Assembly: GCA_002269645.1 (NCBI GenBank)
Contig: NIVC01000957.1
Location: forward strand, 1 to 64,000
Length of the DNA: 64,000 bases
Origin: Macrostomum lignano
Taxonomy: Eukaryota
Direction: 5' to 3'
The notes below the pieces were generated by a model. The model was not told the DNA's origin, did no database searches, and saw nothing but the letters and a program-made list of their open reading frames with translations. Below, in pieces: positions 1 to 11,800 of the stretch (its first letter is position 1; each line of letters opens with the position of its first letter). A program made the position numbers and the translations under genes.

Positions 1-122
1 AGCAGCCTCTCACCGCTGACGGAGGCCCTGATGGCCAGGCACTCGTACGACAGGTCGGGCAGCGGACTGTCCGGGTCGGCCGACATCTCACACGATTTTC
101 CTCACCAGCTGTCGTGATCCAC
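1..122 (-). CDS. Probable exon of an unidentified spliced gene, running off the window start
   Basis: Acceptor cacacag at 124-123; GC3-rich frame MSADPDSPLPDLSYECLAIRASVSGERL from ATG at 86. The frame join to the upstream exons is unresolved. Confidence 0.4.
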
Positions 123-521
123 CTGTGTGAGAGAGAGATTGGCACGCGATGTTGCATGCGTTCATTTAAAGAATTCTCCCGAGTCTCCGAGCCAGCGAAC
201 GTAAAAATTTAGCTCGAAAAAGTGCGTGGGTGGAGTTTTGATTTGCGTCAGCAACTGCGGCTGTGCACCCGCTGTGCTATCTGTTGAGCGACCTCTGGGC
301 GCCAGGTGCAGTTATCGTGAAGTCTCGCTTGAAAAGCGCTGATTACTAGCATTTTCTGTCTGTCCGCACCCCCCCCCTAATGCACTCTTTCATTCAAGCA
401 GGTCGCTGCGTTATCAAACACATGACGCTTTTGCTTCACTGCAGATCTTGTTTCGCCAATTCGAAATCTTGAAATCTTGTCAATTTGAATACCGAAACCC
501 ACTGAGTAACCCGCAGCTCAC

Positions 522-1489
522 CTTGATCATGCGAACTCCGTTTCGCAGCAGGCGGACACCAGCAGGGAGAAGAAGGCCCTGTGCAGCGGGTTGTTCCACA
601 GATTCTCGGGCAGGATGCAGAACAGCAATGACTGCGGGCTGAAATTGGTAGCAGGTTCAACCAGATTAAGGCAATGAAGTTTGATGTCAGGATGATTGCA
701 ATAAATTTAGGTTTAAGTTCACAAGCATCCGGTCCAAGGTTTGCATCGATTTTTTAATCGTCATCAAATCCTGATAGAGTCCGAAGTGACCCGACCGAAT
801 CTGGTTGAAACTTGCAATCAAAGTCCTGATAGGTTCTGTCAGGATTCTATAGTCTATTGCCGAATGATAAACCAAGTGGTGTCGAACACCAGTTCAGGTT
901 CTCATTGAGGTTGCTCAGATTGATGGAGTTTGCAACCGGGTATCAAAGCGAGTACCAGAGCCAGATGATTGTGAACATCTACCCAATCATGTAGGCGCAA
1001 ACTTACTCGTTCTGAACGGCGTCGATGACGTGCTTGAAGCCGCCGATCAAGCGGCCGTCCAAGTTGGCCCGCGCGAGACTCTGCTGCATGAACGCGTTGA
1101 CGTCGCTTGAGTGAGCCACACCGTCGTTCACCATCGAGCTGCAGAGCATTTGAAAGCGAACTCGAATATTAAATTCAGTTCGAGCTTGCATTTAAAAAGC
1201 TCTCCTAATAATCGGTGTCGCGGGACTTTTACCTCGCTAAAAATGGTGGCACTTACCCAGATCTGTCGGGCCACAGGTAGAACATGTTGCTGGCTGTATC
1301 CGCGCCGCCGGCGGCCTCGCCCATAAGATTGAGTCCGGAGAACGATACGCAGCGGATGAATCGGCTGAGCCTCATGCAAGATTGGCGTTGCAGTCGGTTC
1401 AATGCTAGCAATAGTCTGCCGCTAATGCTAAGCTTGCGAACTTCTCGATTAGCCAAAGCTTCTCCGTGTCTTCGAGCAGAGATGATGAG
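522..1489 (-). CDS. Three phase-compatible exons (1489-1257, 1138-1007, 638-522) of an unidentified gene
   Basis: Donors gtaagt/gtaagt/gtgagc and cag acceptors; phases 2/2 join to give ...NMFYLWPDRSGSMVNDGVAHSSDVNAFMQQSLARANLDGRLIGGFKHVIDAVQNDPQSLLFCILPENLWNNPLHRAFFSLLVSACCETEFA* (TGA at 529-527). No family recognised. Confidence 0.5.
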
Positions 1490-3656
1490 CTGGCAAGGCT
1501 TGTTTAGTTTTGTTAAGGTTTGCAGGAACTTGACTCGTTAAGAAGCGACCCACCGGGAGCAGGTGGGCGTCTTTATTTAGTCGCACAGTTCTCGGACTTT
1601 CCATGGCAACACGCAGCGACTGCGCGTACACTGCCGGGCCTGGGGTGGTGGCGGAGGGACAGCGGAGAGCGGCCCTCGCTAGGACGAGATTTTAATCTGG
1701 GGGGGGGGTTGCAATAGGGAGAGAAAATACTCTGGATGTGAGTGGGGGTGGGTGGGTTTGAATTTCTCTCTCTCCCCTAAAGCTTAATGTACATTTTGCA
1801 GTGCTGACGTGGGCAATACGTTGCAGCGCTGATTCTCTCAGCTCTGTGTCCCTGGCCCGGACATCAGGGGGGGGGGGGGTGAGGCTTATCTGTAAACTGG
1901 AGCCTGGTGTACATTTATCTGCAAGTCTGATCCGTCCACGCTGTCTCGCTGAGCGTTTCAGTCAGTAGACATTGTGCGCTCTAAATTAGGAAAATACGTA
2001 TCTAGCAAGTCATAACTTGCTTCTTCTGCTTCTACTGCTTGCTTTTCTAGCAAAATGTTTACGGCAGTTAGTGAACTGCACTGCACTTGGGCTTGAGTTT
2101 GCGGCGTACACCGGCCCCAGACACAGACTTTTAGCTGGATTACGCCACGCTGGAGGAAAATGAGTCACCCACAGGCTGCCGCTGCCAGTGTACGCGACTG
2201 AGTACTAGCAAGGCAGCAGCCCGAGCCATTGAGCAGTTCCTGAGCGATGAGTCATCACTAGCTCTAAATAGTGCAGGCAAGGTCGCAGGGAAAGAGGAAT
2301 GTCTACGTGCACGCGGATATCAGGCATGCCAGATCCGTTTGAGGTCAAATATTTTGGCCAATTTGTGCTTTAAGCAGCACCCTTCCCCTGTTCTTAGCGC
2401 TTTTTTCTGTCCTTCTCGCGCCACGCTCAATTTCCTGAACGAACACAAGCGCACCACTCGATGCTTAATGCTCGTAGCCGAAAGTTCACATTTCTGGTTT
2501 AATAAACAAGCAGCATTGTTTTTGTTATTCCGCTGTTTTATGTTTTTCATTATTATTCAATGTGGCTACCTTTTGAAGATTGGCCCCTTGACTATAGTTA
2601 AGATATTAAGGATGTTTAAGAGAGTTTAAAAGTGTTTAAATGTCGTTTAACAATGTCCCCGATGTTGTTCGGATTTTAACAACTTGATGACTTAACTCGA
2701 GTGAGCTTTGATGGAACTTATCAAGTGTACCCTATGTCACAACAAAATTAAACTAATCATCTGAGTTTCACACGGGACTCAATAGAGGACATAACAGTTC
2801 TCAATGCCCTCATTCCGATTGAAAGCGACTAGGCTGACCCACCCGGATATGAGTCCATCTGCATCCGCGTTTGAGTGAACTTTTTGGGGCTTCATATCGA
2901 GTGGACATAGCAGGCGCCACTGTTGCTCATACAAAGCGGTCAAATATTTACCTAAGAAGGTTCGTGTACTGAGCTGAGCACGGTACGAGCCCAAGTATAC
3001 TCAAAGTCCTTGGCTGATCCCAGCTTCCGTACAAGCAGGATATTCGAGTTCTGACGGACTTCCATTGTATGGACTTTTAAAATTGATCTGCTGAATGGCA
3101 CTCCGAACTCAAGTTGCTGCTTCCTTTTCCACAAATAATTTTACAATCATATAAAAGCGTGAGCAGGACCGCAGAAACTTGCAGAATTCAATCGGGCCCT
3201 GGGAAAATAACAACAAGAGCGAGCGAGCGTAACAGTGTAGACAAAAGCGGTGTAAACCCGACTCCGTCACTGACTTCTAAATTAGGCAATATGCGCGTAA
3301 AATTTTACTTTTGCTCGATTCCATATATGGAAGTGGACAGCTGATGCTAAAAATAGCATTGAAAACAAAACAAGTCTCGAGATATCTGACGCCGCTAACT
3401 ACATTCTAAGCATGGCGAGAACTTCGCTTCGCTTTACTTTATTTTCGACCGAAAGTAGACGAAATATGTCTGAGTTTTCACAGCATTGAGAAATGCGACT
3501 TCATTTTAAATTGATACGAATTTTCAATGTCAGAAATTAGGTAGGCTCTGGGATAAAATTATGTTTTAGGCAGTTTTGATTATAGGAAACGTTAGCTCAA
3601 CAACATTATGGTAGACAGGGGTTATTGGCGTCACTCAATCAACGGACAGGGATTAT

Positions 3657-4711
3657 TGACGTCACTCCATCAAATGACCTTGGGTTTAGTGACGTCACTC
3701 CATCAAATGACCTTGGGTTTAGTGACGCCACTCCATCAAATGACATTGGGTTTAGTGATGCCACTCCATCAAATGACCTGGGTTTAGTGACGCTACTCCA
3801 TCAAATGACCTGGGTTTAGTGACGCCACTCCATCAAATGACATTGGGTTTAGTGATGCCACTCCATCAAATGACCTGGGTTTAGTGATGCCACTCCATCA
3901 AATGACCTGGGTTTAGTGATGCCACTCCATCAAATGACCTGGGTTTAGTGATGCCACTCCATCAAATGACCTGGGTTTAGTGACGCCACTCCATCAAATG
4001 ACCTGGGTTTAGTGATGCCATTCCACCAAATGACCTGGGTTTAGTGATGCCATTCTGTCAAATGACCTTGGGTTTAGTGACGCCACTCCATAAAATGACC
4101 TTGGTTTAGTGATGCCACTCCATCAAATGACCTGGGTTTAGTGACGCCACTCCATCAGATGACCTTGGTTTAGTGACGCCACTCCATCAAATGACCTTGG
4201 GTTTAGTGATGCCACTCCATCAAATGACCTCGATTTAGTGACGCCACTCCATCAAATGACCTTGGTTTAGTGACGCCACTCCATCAAATGACCTCGATTT
4301 AGTGACGCCACTCCATCAAATGACCTGGGTTTAGTGACGCCACTCCATCAAATGACCTTGGTTTAGTGACGCCACTCCATCAAATGACCTCGATTTAGTG
4401 ACGCCACTCCATCAAATGACCTTGGTTTAGTGATGCCACTCCATCAAATGACCTCGATTTAGTGACGCCACTCCATCAAATGACCTTGGTTTAGTGATGC
4501 CACTCCATCAAATGACCTGGGTTTAGTGACGCCACTCCATCAGATGACCTTGGTTTAGTGATGCCACTCCATCAAATGACCTGGGTTTAGTGACGCCACT
4601 CCATCAGATGACCTTGGTTTAGTGACGCCACTCCATCAAATGACCTTGGGTTTAGTGACGCCACTCCATCAAATGACCTTGGTTTAGTGACGCCACTCCA
4701 TCAAATGACCC
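3657..4711. repeat. 32-33 bp minisatellite, about 32 copies
   Basis: Unit gacgccactccatcaaatgacc(t)tgggtttagt. Confidence 0.95.
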
Positions 4712-5256
4712 CTTGGTGTAACCTCTTGAAAGAACACAATAATGCAATGTACACAGAAACTTTAACATGCATCATTCTACCGAGAACAAACTATCTGAGA
4801 CTGATCTGTATAAAATGCAGAGTGTATTTAAAAAATATTGTTGCCTCGCTCCTTTGTTTTGCTAATAATTGTAACACATTATAAGTAGCTAAAATAGTGT
4901 AGCTCGAAATTTGATATTTACTCGTAAAAAGTCCGGTTATTAAAACCATTGACGACTGTGATTTGCGCTTGTACATGTAATGCCAGAAGTGATCAAGTTA
5001 CTTTGAGTACTATAGAAAAGTGCAGAAAAGGTGCAAGAAAAAGTGCAGCGATAGATTCTTCAATTATACAAGATAAAATAAGAGACATCCAGGAAACAAG
5101 AAATACTGTCTGTTTCTTTCGTGACTAGCAGAAGTTGCATACAAATTCGTTATCATAAAGAAGTTAAAAATTGTTGCGAATCAACAGAGGACAGACTCTG
5201 ATTTGTGAATTCGAGCTGTCCTGTTCAAATTGGAGCTGATGGTCGGCTGCTTTGCT

Positions 5257-5830
5257 TCAAGCGGCCTCCTGGTCCTGCAGCGGCTCCTTGTGGCAGTAGG
5301 CGTTCTTCCAGATCTCCGAAAGACAGACGGTGGAGTGAAACCGGAAGAAGATGATCATGGGCAGGGTGGTGTACTTGATTATTTTCCAGCCCTTGGCGCC
5401 GAAATAATTCTCGTAGAAGTTGACGGAGATTCGCCGCTTGGATTCGAAAATGGCGGCCACCCACATGGCGAGGTTGGCGACCAGCAGCGCGATGATGATG
5501 CCCCTGGCCGGCTTCCGGCCCTGCAGGTAGAGCCGGCGGCTCAGCTTCCGGCGAGAGAACTGCGCGATGAAGAAGGTCTGGGAAAGCGCCTGGGCGCCGT
5601 CCAGCAGCGATTTGAGGCCGTTGAGCTTCGTGACGACCCCGCTGCGGCCAGTGCCGAACAGGCAGTGGTCCGAGCCCTGCTGGGCCGTGTGCTCGTCCAT
5701 CAGGCAGGAGGCGGAGGACACGACGACAAAGAGGTTGTAGCAGAGCAGGCCGGACAGGCCCACGAGCAGCAGCTTGCCGTCCAGGTCTTCCCGGCCCCTG
5801 GTTTTGTCTACTGACAGGCTGCTGAGTGAT
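5257..5830 (-). CDS. Otop: Otopetrin exon 8 (C-terminal TM segments)
   Basis: Acceptor tccgcag, phase 2; LDGKLLLVG...FFRFHSTVCLSEIWKNAY; stop at 5257. Confidence 0.93.
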
Positions 5831-8800
5831 CTGCGGATTGGAGAAGCGGAAGTGGAGGATTACCTAAAGCGGGTCGCTTTCACAAGATCAAGATTTCATA
5901 AGCTCGGTATCGACGAATTCTTTCAAGTTTTGAGCTTGCGGAAGTAACAAACAAGAGTTCTGGACGGTATGAAGTTTCGAGCTTATGAAACTCCTCTCTC
6001 AATAAAACTCACTGCTTACCTACTTATGTCTCTTATAACAGTAGGATGTCTAGAGCGTCTCAGACTGAATTCTAAGTGTCAACATTACGAGATATTATTG
6101 TCTGCGCGCTTCTGCCGTTGAGCGGAATGGGCGTCCGCGCCTTCCCGCTGTGTCCCCTCCGGCACAGCCCTGCAGCGCTTCTGCAGTAGTGGCTTGGGGT
6201 TTCTCTCGCGAAATAAAGACCTGGCGCAAGGTGCCACTCCATCAAAGTTCGTTCGTTATTGAAAGTGTCTGGACTAAAAAAACTTTTCTTTGTTCATTAG
6301 TTCGCCCCACTAGTGCGAGCCTCCTACTCCCAAGGCACTCCCCAAGGCCTTGTTTTTACTCAAACCTGCAGGCGCCAGCACAGCAGAGTGCAGCGGTGAT
6401 GAGCAGCACGGAGCACTCGGCCGCCAGCACGGCGATGGTGTAGGCGTCCCGCCTGTCCTTGTCGGGCTTCGGCAGCAGCACCAGCGTGGCCAGCGGTACC
6501 ACGATCAGGATGACGATGAGCAGGCCAAAGAACAGGCCCTTGTGCGACTTGTGACACGTGGTGAACATCTTGAAGGATCGGACGGCCTGCGGCTGGCGTC
6601 GGTGCAGGCTCAACCGATTTGAGCAGGGGGCGCCAACTTTGCGGAAGAGTTTAAAGCAGACGGCGGCTGAGATGAGGCCGTATTCTACCGCGCACGGATA
6701 CAGGAAGGGGCTGAGTGCGTGCGAAGAGCCGGCGTAGGCGGCCAGGGTGAGGGCGCACTCTGTGGAGAGGACATTGTCCGAACAAGCATCTTATTTCTCT
6801 GATTCCCATTGAGATCTATTCTCTCTCCTCTCTCCTCCCCGAGGCTCTCTTCTCGTTGCGAGTGACCTCAGATAGAGAAATTACTGCCGACTAGAGATAC
6901 GAGTATCTTTCCACCCAGCCTGTTTGCTGTGCTGTGCAAGCAATAGCAAGACTCAGTCATCTTTAGTTTCACCTTTTTGCTGGCTCAATAACTTGCATTA
7001 CTCGTTAAACACCCTTCCCCAGAATAAGTCAACGCTTTGTCTATAGAAAACACTTTACTGATGATTATGAAGTCTCATATTAAATGAATAATTAAGAAGT
7101 CTTATCCTCTGCAGCACCTGTCTGCGACGAAGAACGCAGGGCTGACCGGTTCTGCCAGTCGCGACCATCTCCGCCGGCGGAGCCGTTGCCAGCAGCAACC
7201 GCATCAGGCTGCTGCGTCACGCTGAGAGCCATCTTCACCTCGTAGATGACCGCTTTCATCCAGATGCACAGGTTGGTGACAACCAGGTGGGCCAGAGCGA
7301 AGCGCACAGCGCTGGTGTACACTGTCACGACAACCTGCGAATTTTGGGGTGAATAGAAGTTCAGGGAGGTATAACATTGTTCCACCAGTACAAGCACAGG
7401 GGATTTTGTCACGTCATCAAAGGACAGGTGACATGACGTGACGGGTTAGTGATGTCACTCCATTAAAGGACAGGGGGTTAGTGATGTCACTCCATTAAAG
7501 GACAGGGGGTTAGTGATGTCAATCCATCAAAGGATAGGGGGTTAGTGACGTCACTCCATCAAAGGACAGGGGGTTAGTGACGTCACTCCATCAAAGGACA
7601 GGGGGTTAGTGACGTCACTCCACCAAAGGACAGGGAGCTAGTGACGTCACTTGCACAAGTGTTGCAGAAGTTTTTCATCAGCACTTAAAAATCAACGTTT
7701 GTACGTTTAAGTAATATGCGACGATTTGCATGAACAATTTAGCATATTAACCACAATACCACCATATCCAAATTTCACCAGCGCATCACCCCAGCTTCTC
7801 AAATTAGCCTCCAATCAAGGACAACTTCATGCTAGATGCCTAATGTAGCCAGGTAGGCTTAAGTCGTCCTTGCCTCCCACCAGCTACTCACCCGATGATT
7901 CTTAAACAGATGAAACGTCTGCAGCAGGATGAACAACAGGTGCACCAGCAGCTGCAGCTGCCACATCACACTGCGACAGTCGGCGCTGCTCGGCTGTTCA
8001 ACCGTGTCCGCCAGCTTGAAGGCATCGTGGATCATCACGCCGAAGCCGAAGACTGCGAGGCGCGGAGGAGATAAGGACAAAGCGAGGAAACTTCAACGTT
8101 TTGATTTGGCAGTGCGGGTCAGTCAAAGGAGATCGAATGACTGCCCCAGAACGAGCATACATGTACTTGATTTACCAGGCACGGCCCAGCCTGCTTCTTC
8201 AGCCGTGAATGCACAGCCTTTACTCGAAACAGGCTCGCCTACCTCGGCCCCAACCTGGATCTCTCTGACGCTTTCAGGCCTAAGGGCTACCGTGCGAGCG
8301 ACCATTCACGACTGGACCTACCGGACCGCAACAAACGCTGCTCTTGATCGCTAGGGGTCGGCAGAATGGGCAGCGTGACACCTCCCAAGCTGCACCCGAA
8401 AGAACCGGAGCCCCCTGCTGCAAAAGCATAGCCACATCGATAGCCCGTCTACCCTGCCGGTCCTTGAGGTATTTAATACTTGAGATTTCTTAGAAATTGA
8501 GACTTCCGTCGAAAGACTGCATCACTAGCTAGCTCAGGACACTCACTGATTGCCCCCAGCCGCAGGTAAAGGTTGACTGCATCACTAGCTAGCTCAGGAC
8601 ACTCACTGATTGCCCCAGCCGCAGGTAAAGGTTGACTGCATCACTAGCTAGCTCAGGACACTCACTGATTGCCCCCAGCCGCAGGTAAAGGTTGACTGCA
8701 TCACTAGCTAGCTCAGGACACTCACTGATTGCCCCCAGCCGCAGGTAAAGGTTGACTGCATCACTAGCTAGCTCAGGACACTCACTGATTGCCCCCAGCC

Positions 8801-11800
8801 GCAGGTAAAGGTTGACTGCATCACTAGCTAGCTCAGGACACTCACTGATTGCCCCCAGCCGCAGGTAAAGGTTTATGCCTTCCACCGACACCCAGACGGC
8901 AGGCTGCGGTTCGTAGCCACCGCCAGTCGCCTCCGCCGCATCCGCCGCCACCGCCGCCGGCTGACCAGTGGCGACGGCATCAAAGCGAAGCGGCTTCAAT
9001 TTCTGTTCCCTCCGCAGTCGGCCGTCACTGTTGTTACTGCTGCTGCCAGCTGCTGCTGCAAGGAAAGACGGGTGTCGCTTATCTTACTGCTTTCAGTAGG
9101 AAATTCTGTATGTCATTCTTAGACTCGCATTAGATAGTAACTTTTATACTTTTTTCAATATAGAAACACGATTTCTTCCATGTTGATATAACAATGATAA
9201 TTAATTACACCTGCCCTACTGGCCAGATGTGCAACCGACAGCTCAGCCGCAGCTATTGCGCGGCGCATCTGAAGGCTGCGTACGGCTGTTCAGTTCAAGG
9301 ACTGGGGGGTGGGGGGGGGTCGCCACACACACCCTCAATTACCCCAGCTAATGCTGGTGCCCATTTTACAGATGGGTGAACTGAAGCAATGCAGAGTTAA
9401 GCGTCTTGCTCAAGGACACAAATTGTTCCGAGTGGGGTCGAGAATCGAACCTCCGACCTTTCAGTCATTAGTCCGACGCTCTGACCACTAGGCTACAACC
9501 CCCTATATTGCTGTATATCCATATTGAATGCATATCAAATACTCTTTTTGTTATAAACATGGCAGTTTCACTGCTCGACCGATTTCATTTCAAAAAAGAT
9601 TTTGCACCGATTGTCTGAATCCTAACAATTCAGAATGGCACAGTTTAAATTTTGTTGAATTTACAAACTTTTAGAGCTGTGCGCACCCTGCTGAGACCTG
9701 CAGTGGTGGTTGCCCTGCCGAGGCCCCAGGGCTGCCAGGGGCATAGCCTCCTCCCCGTCTGGCACGGGCAGATGCGCCGTCAGCGCCACGCGAGCCTCCG
9801 CGTCTCCCTCTTCACTGCTACCGCTGCTGCCGCTGCAACCGTCGGCCTTCTGGAGCGTCGCGTCGGTGTTCAACGCGCGGCGCGGCTCCTTGAACCGGTA
9901 GATCACCAGGCTGATGAAGGCCAAGAAGACCAAGCCGGCGAAATGCATGTACAGGTAGAAAATCTGTGGGGTGCAATGGGGGCGCAACTGGGATATTTGT
10001 GCTCGGTTCACAGGTGCCAAGGGCTGTGGCTTTCGCTCCTGTCTCTTGGTGGGCGCCCCTGTCTCTTGGTGGGCGCCCCTGTCTCTTGGCGGGCGTCCCT
10101 GTCTCTGGTTGGGCACCTCTGTCTCTTGGTGGGCACCTCTGTCTCTTGGTGGGCACCTCTGTCTCTTGGTGGATACCCCTGTCTCTTGGTGGTCGCCCCT
10201 GTCTCTGCGTTGGCGCCCTTGTCTCTTGGTGGGCGCCCTTGTCTCTTGGTGGATACCCCTGTCTCTTGGTGGGCACCCCTGTCTCTTGGTGGATACCCCT
10301 GTCTCTTGGTGGGCACCTCTGTCTCTTGGTGGGCGCCCCTGTCTCTTGATGGGCGCCCCTGTCTCTTGGTGGGCGCCCCTGTCTCTTGGTGGGCACCTCT
10401 GTCTCTTGGTGGGCGCCCCTGTCTCTTGATGGGCGCCCCTGTCTCTTGGTGGGCGCCCCTGTCTCTTGATCGGCACCCCTGTCTCTGGGTGGCACCTCTG
10501 TCTCTTGGTGGGCACCTCTGTCTCTTGGTGGGCACCTCTGTCTCTTGGTGGGCACCTCTGTCTCTTGGTGGGCACCTCTGTCTCTTGGTGGGCACCTCTG
10601 TCTCTTGGTGGGCGCCCCTGTCTCGTGGTGAGCGACGAGGACGCGAGTAGACCCACCGTCTCCGTGCCTTCGGGTTCAAGCTTAAAGAACTGAAATCCGC
10701 TATTTTAATGATTTGCCTACTAATAGTAGTTGTGAGATCCTGCGCACGTGACTAAAAATAAGATTCGAACTAATCGCGATGCCGAATTCTTCTCCGTCAG
10801 CTGGTCTAACAACCCCCGAGGCAGCAGCCCCAAAAATCAATTTTTAAGTCGCTACTATTTAGCAGCAGTGAGGCAGTCAAGCTACTAATAGTAGGTCAAT
10901 TTTTGCAGATTTTCAGTTCTCAATCAAAACAAACCCCATCCTTCGCCAAGTAACGAAATGTCAATTGTCAAAGTGAAACCGGTTTTTGCTGCGGGAAGCC
11001 AGTGAGTGCACTGTGTGCGACTGAATCCGATTTCCGCTTTACTTTGTAATTGTAGCAGAAGCAGGAAAAATTTCCGGATTATCAAAAATGTTGAAGAGAA
11101 GAAAGTTTGACTAACTAGACTAACCAGGTGGGAACAACCGTCTCAGAGATGCTCTGATAATCCATAAAAGTCCGCGATATGAGCAAATAAAACCCGAGGC
11201 TAATCCAGAGAGCTGCTCTGCTGTTCCCTGCCCGACTCAGGTCTCCAGCCCTCCCGGCGCTGTCCCATCTCACAACGACGCTAATAAGTACACACTCGAT
11301 GCCCCTCGAGCCCAGAGAGATTCGCTCACCTTCCCACTTGGGTGTCATTACCTCCGCTCGAGTCCTATCTTACATCTCCCATCTTAGAGGAATCTGCCCC
11401 GATGTTTCCCTGGCCTGGCCACTCATCAAGTTCTCATCCTGCTCCCGCTGCAACTCAGACTTCGAGCTCCGGTCTTGCGCTGCCTCGAATTCGGAGACTG
11501 TTTTTGCACTGTTGTGAGCAACTGTTGCGGAACCGCAGTTGAGTATCTGTGAGATGGAGGATGAAGAGAGTTCCAGTTCGGAAGTGGGGGATGCAGAGAG
11601 TTCCAATTCGGAAGTGGGGGATGAAGAGAGTTCCAGTTCGGAATTGGGGGATGAAGAGAGTTCCAGTTCGGAAGTGGGGGATGAAGAGAGTTCCAGTTTG
11701 GAAGTGGATGATGAAGAGAGTTCCAGTTCGGAAGTGGGGGATGCAGAGAGTTCCAATTCAGAAGTGGATGATGAAGAGAGTTCCAGTTCGGAATTGGGGG

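Noticed and set aside
2130-3140. Short ORFs with coding-like composition on both strands
   Set aside because: No consistent splice chain or recognisable motif could be built.
5230-6622. Plus-strand ORFs of 90-194 aa
   Set aside because: Antisense shadows of otopetrin exons 7 and 8.
9652-10693. Long ORFs (245-332 aa) on both strands over the 20-bp array
   Set aside because: They arise from a repeat lacking stop codons; only 9963-9687 is supported as an exon.
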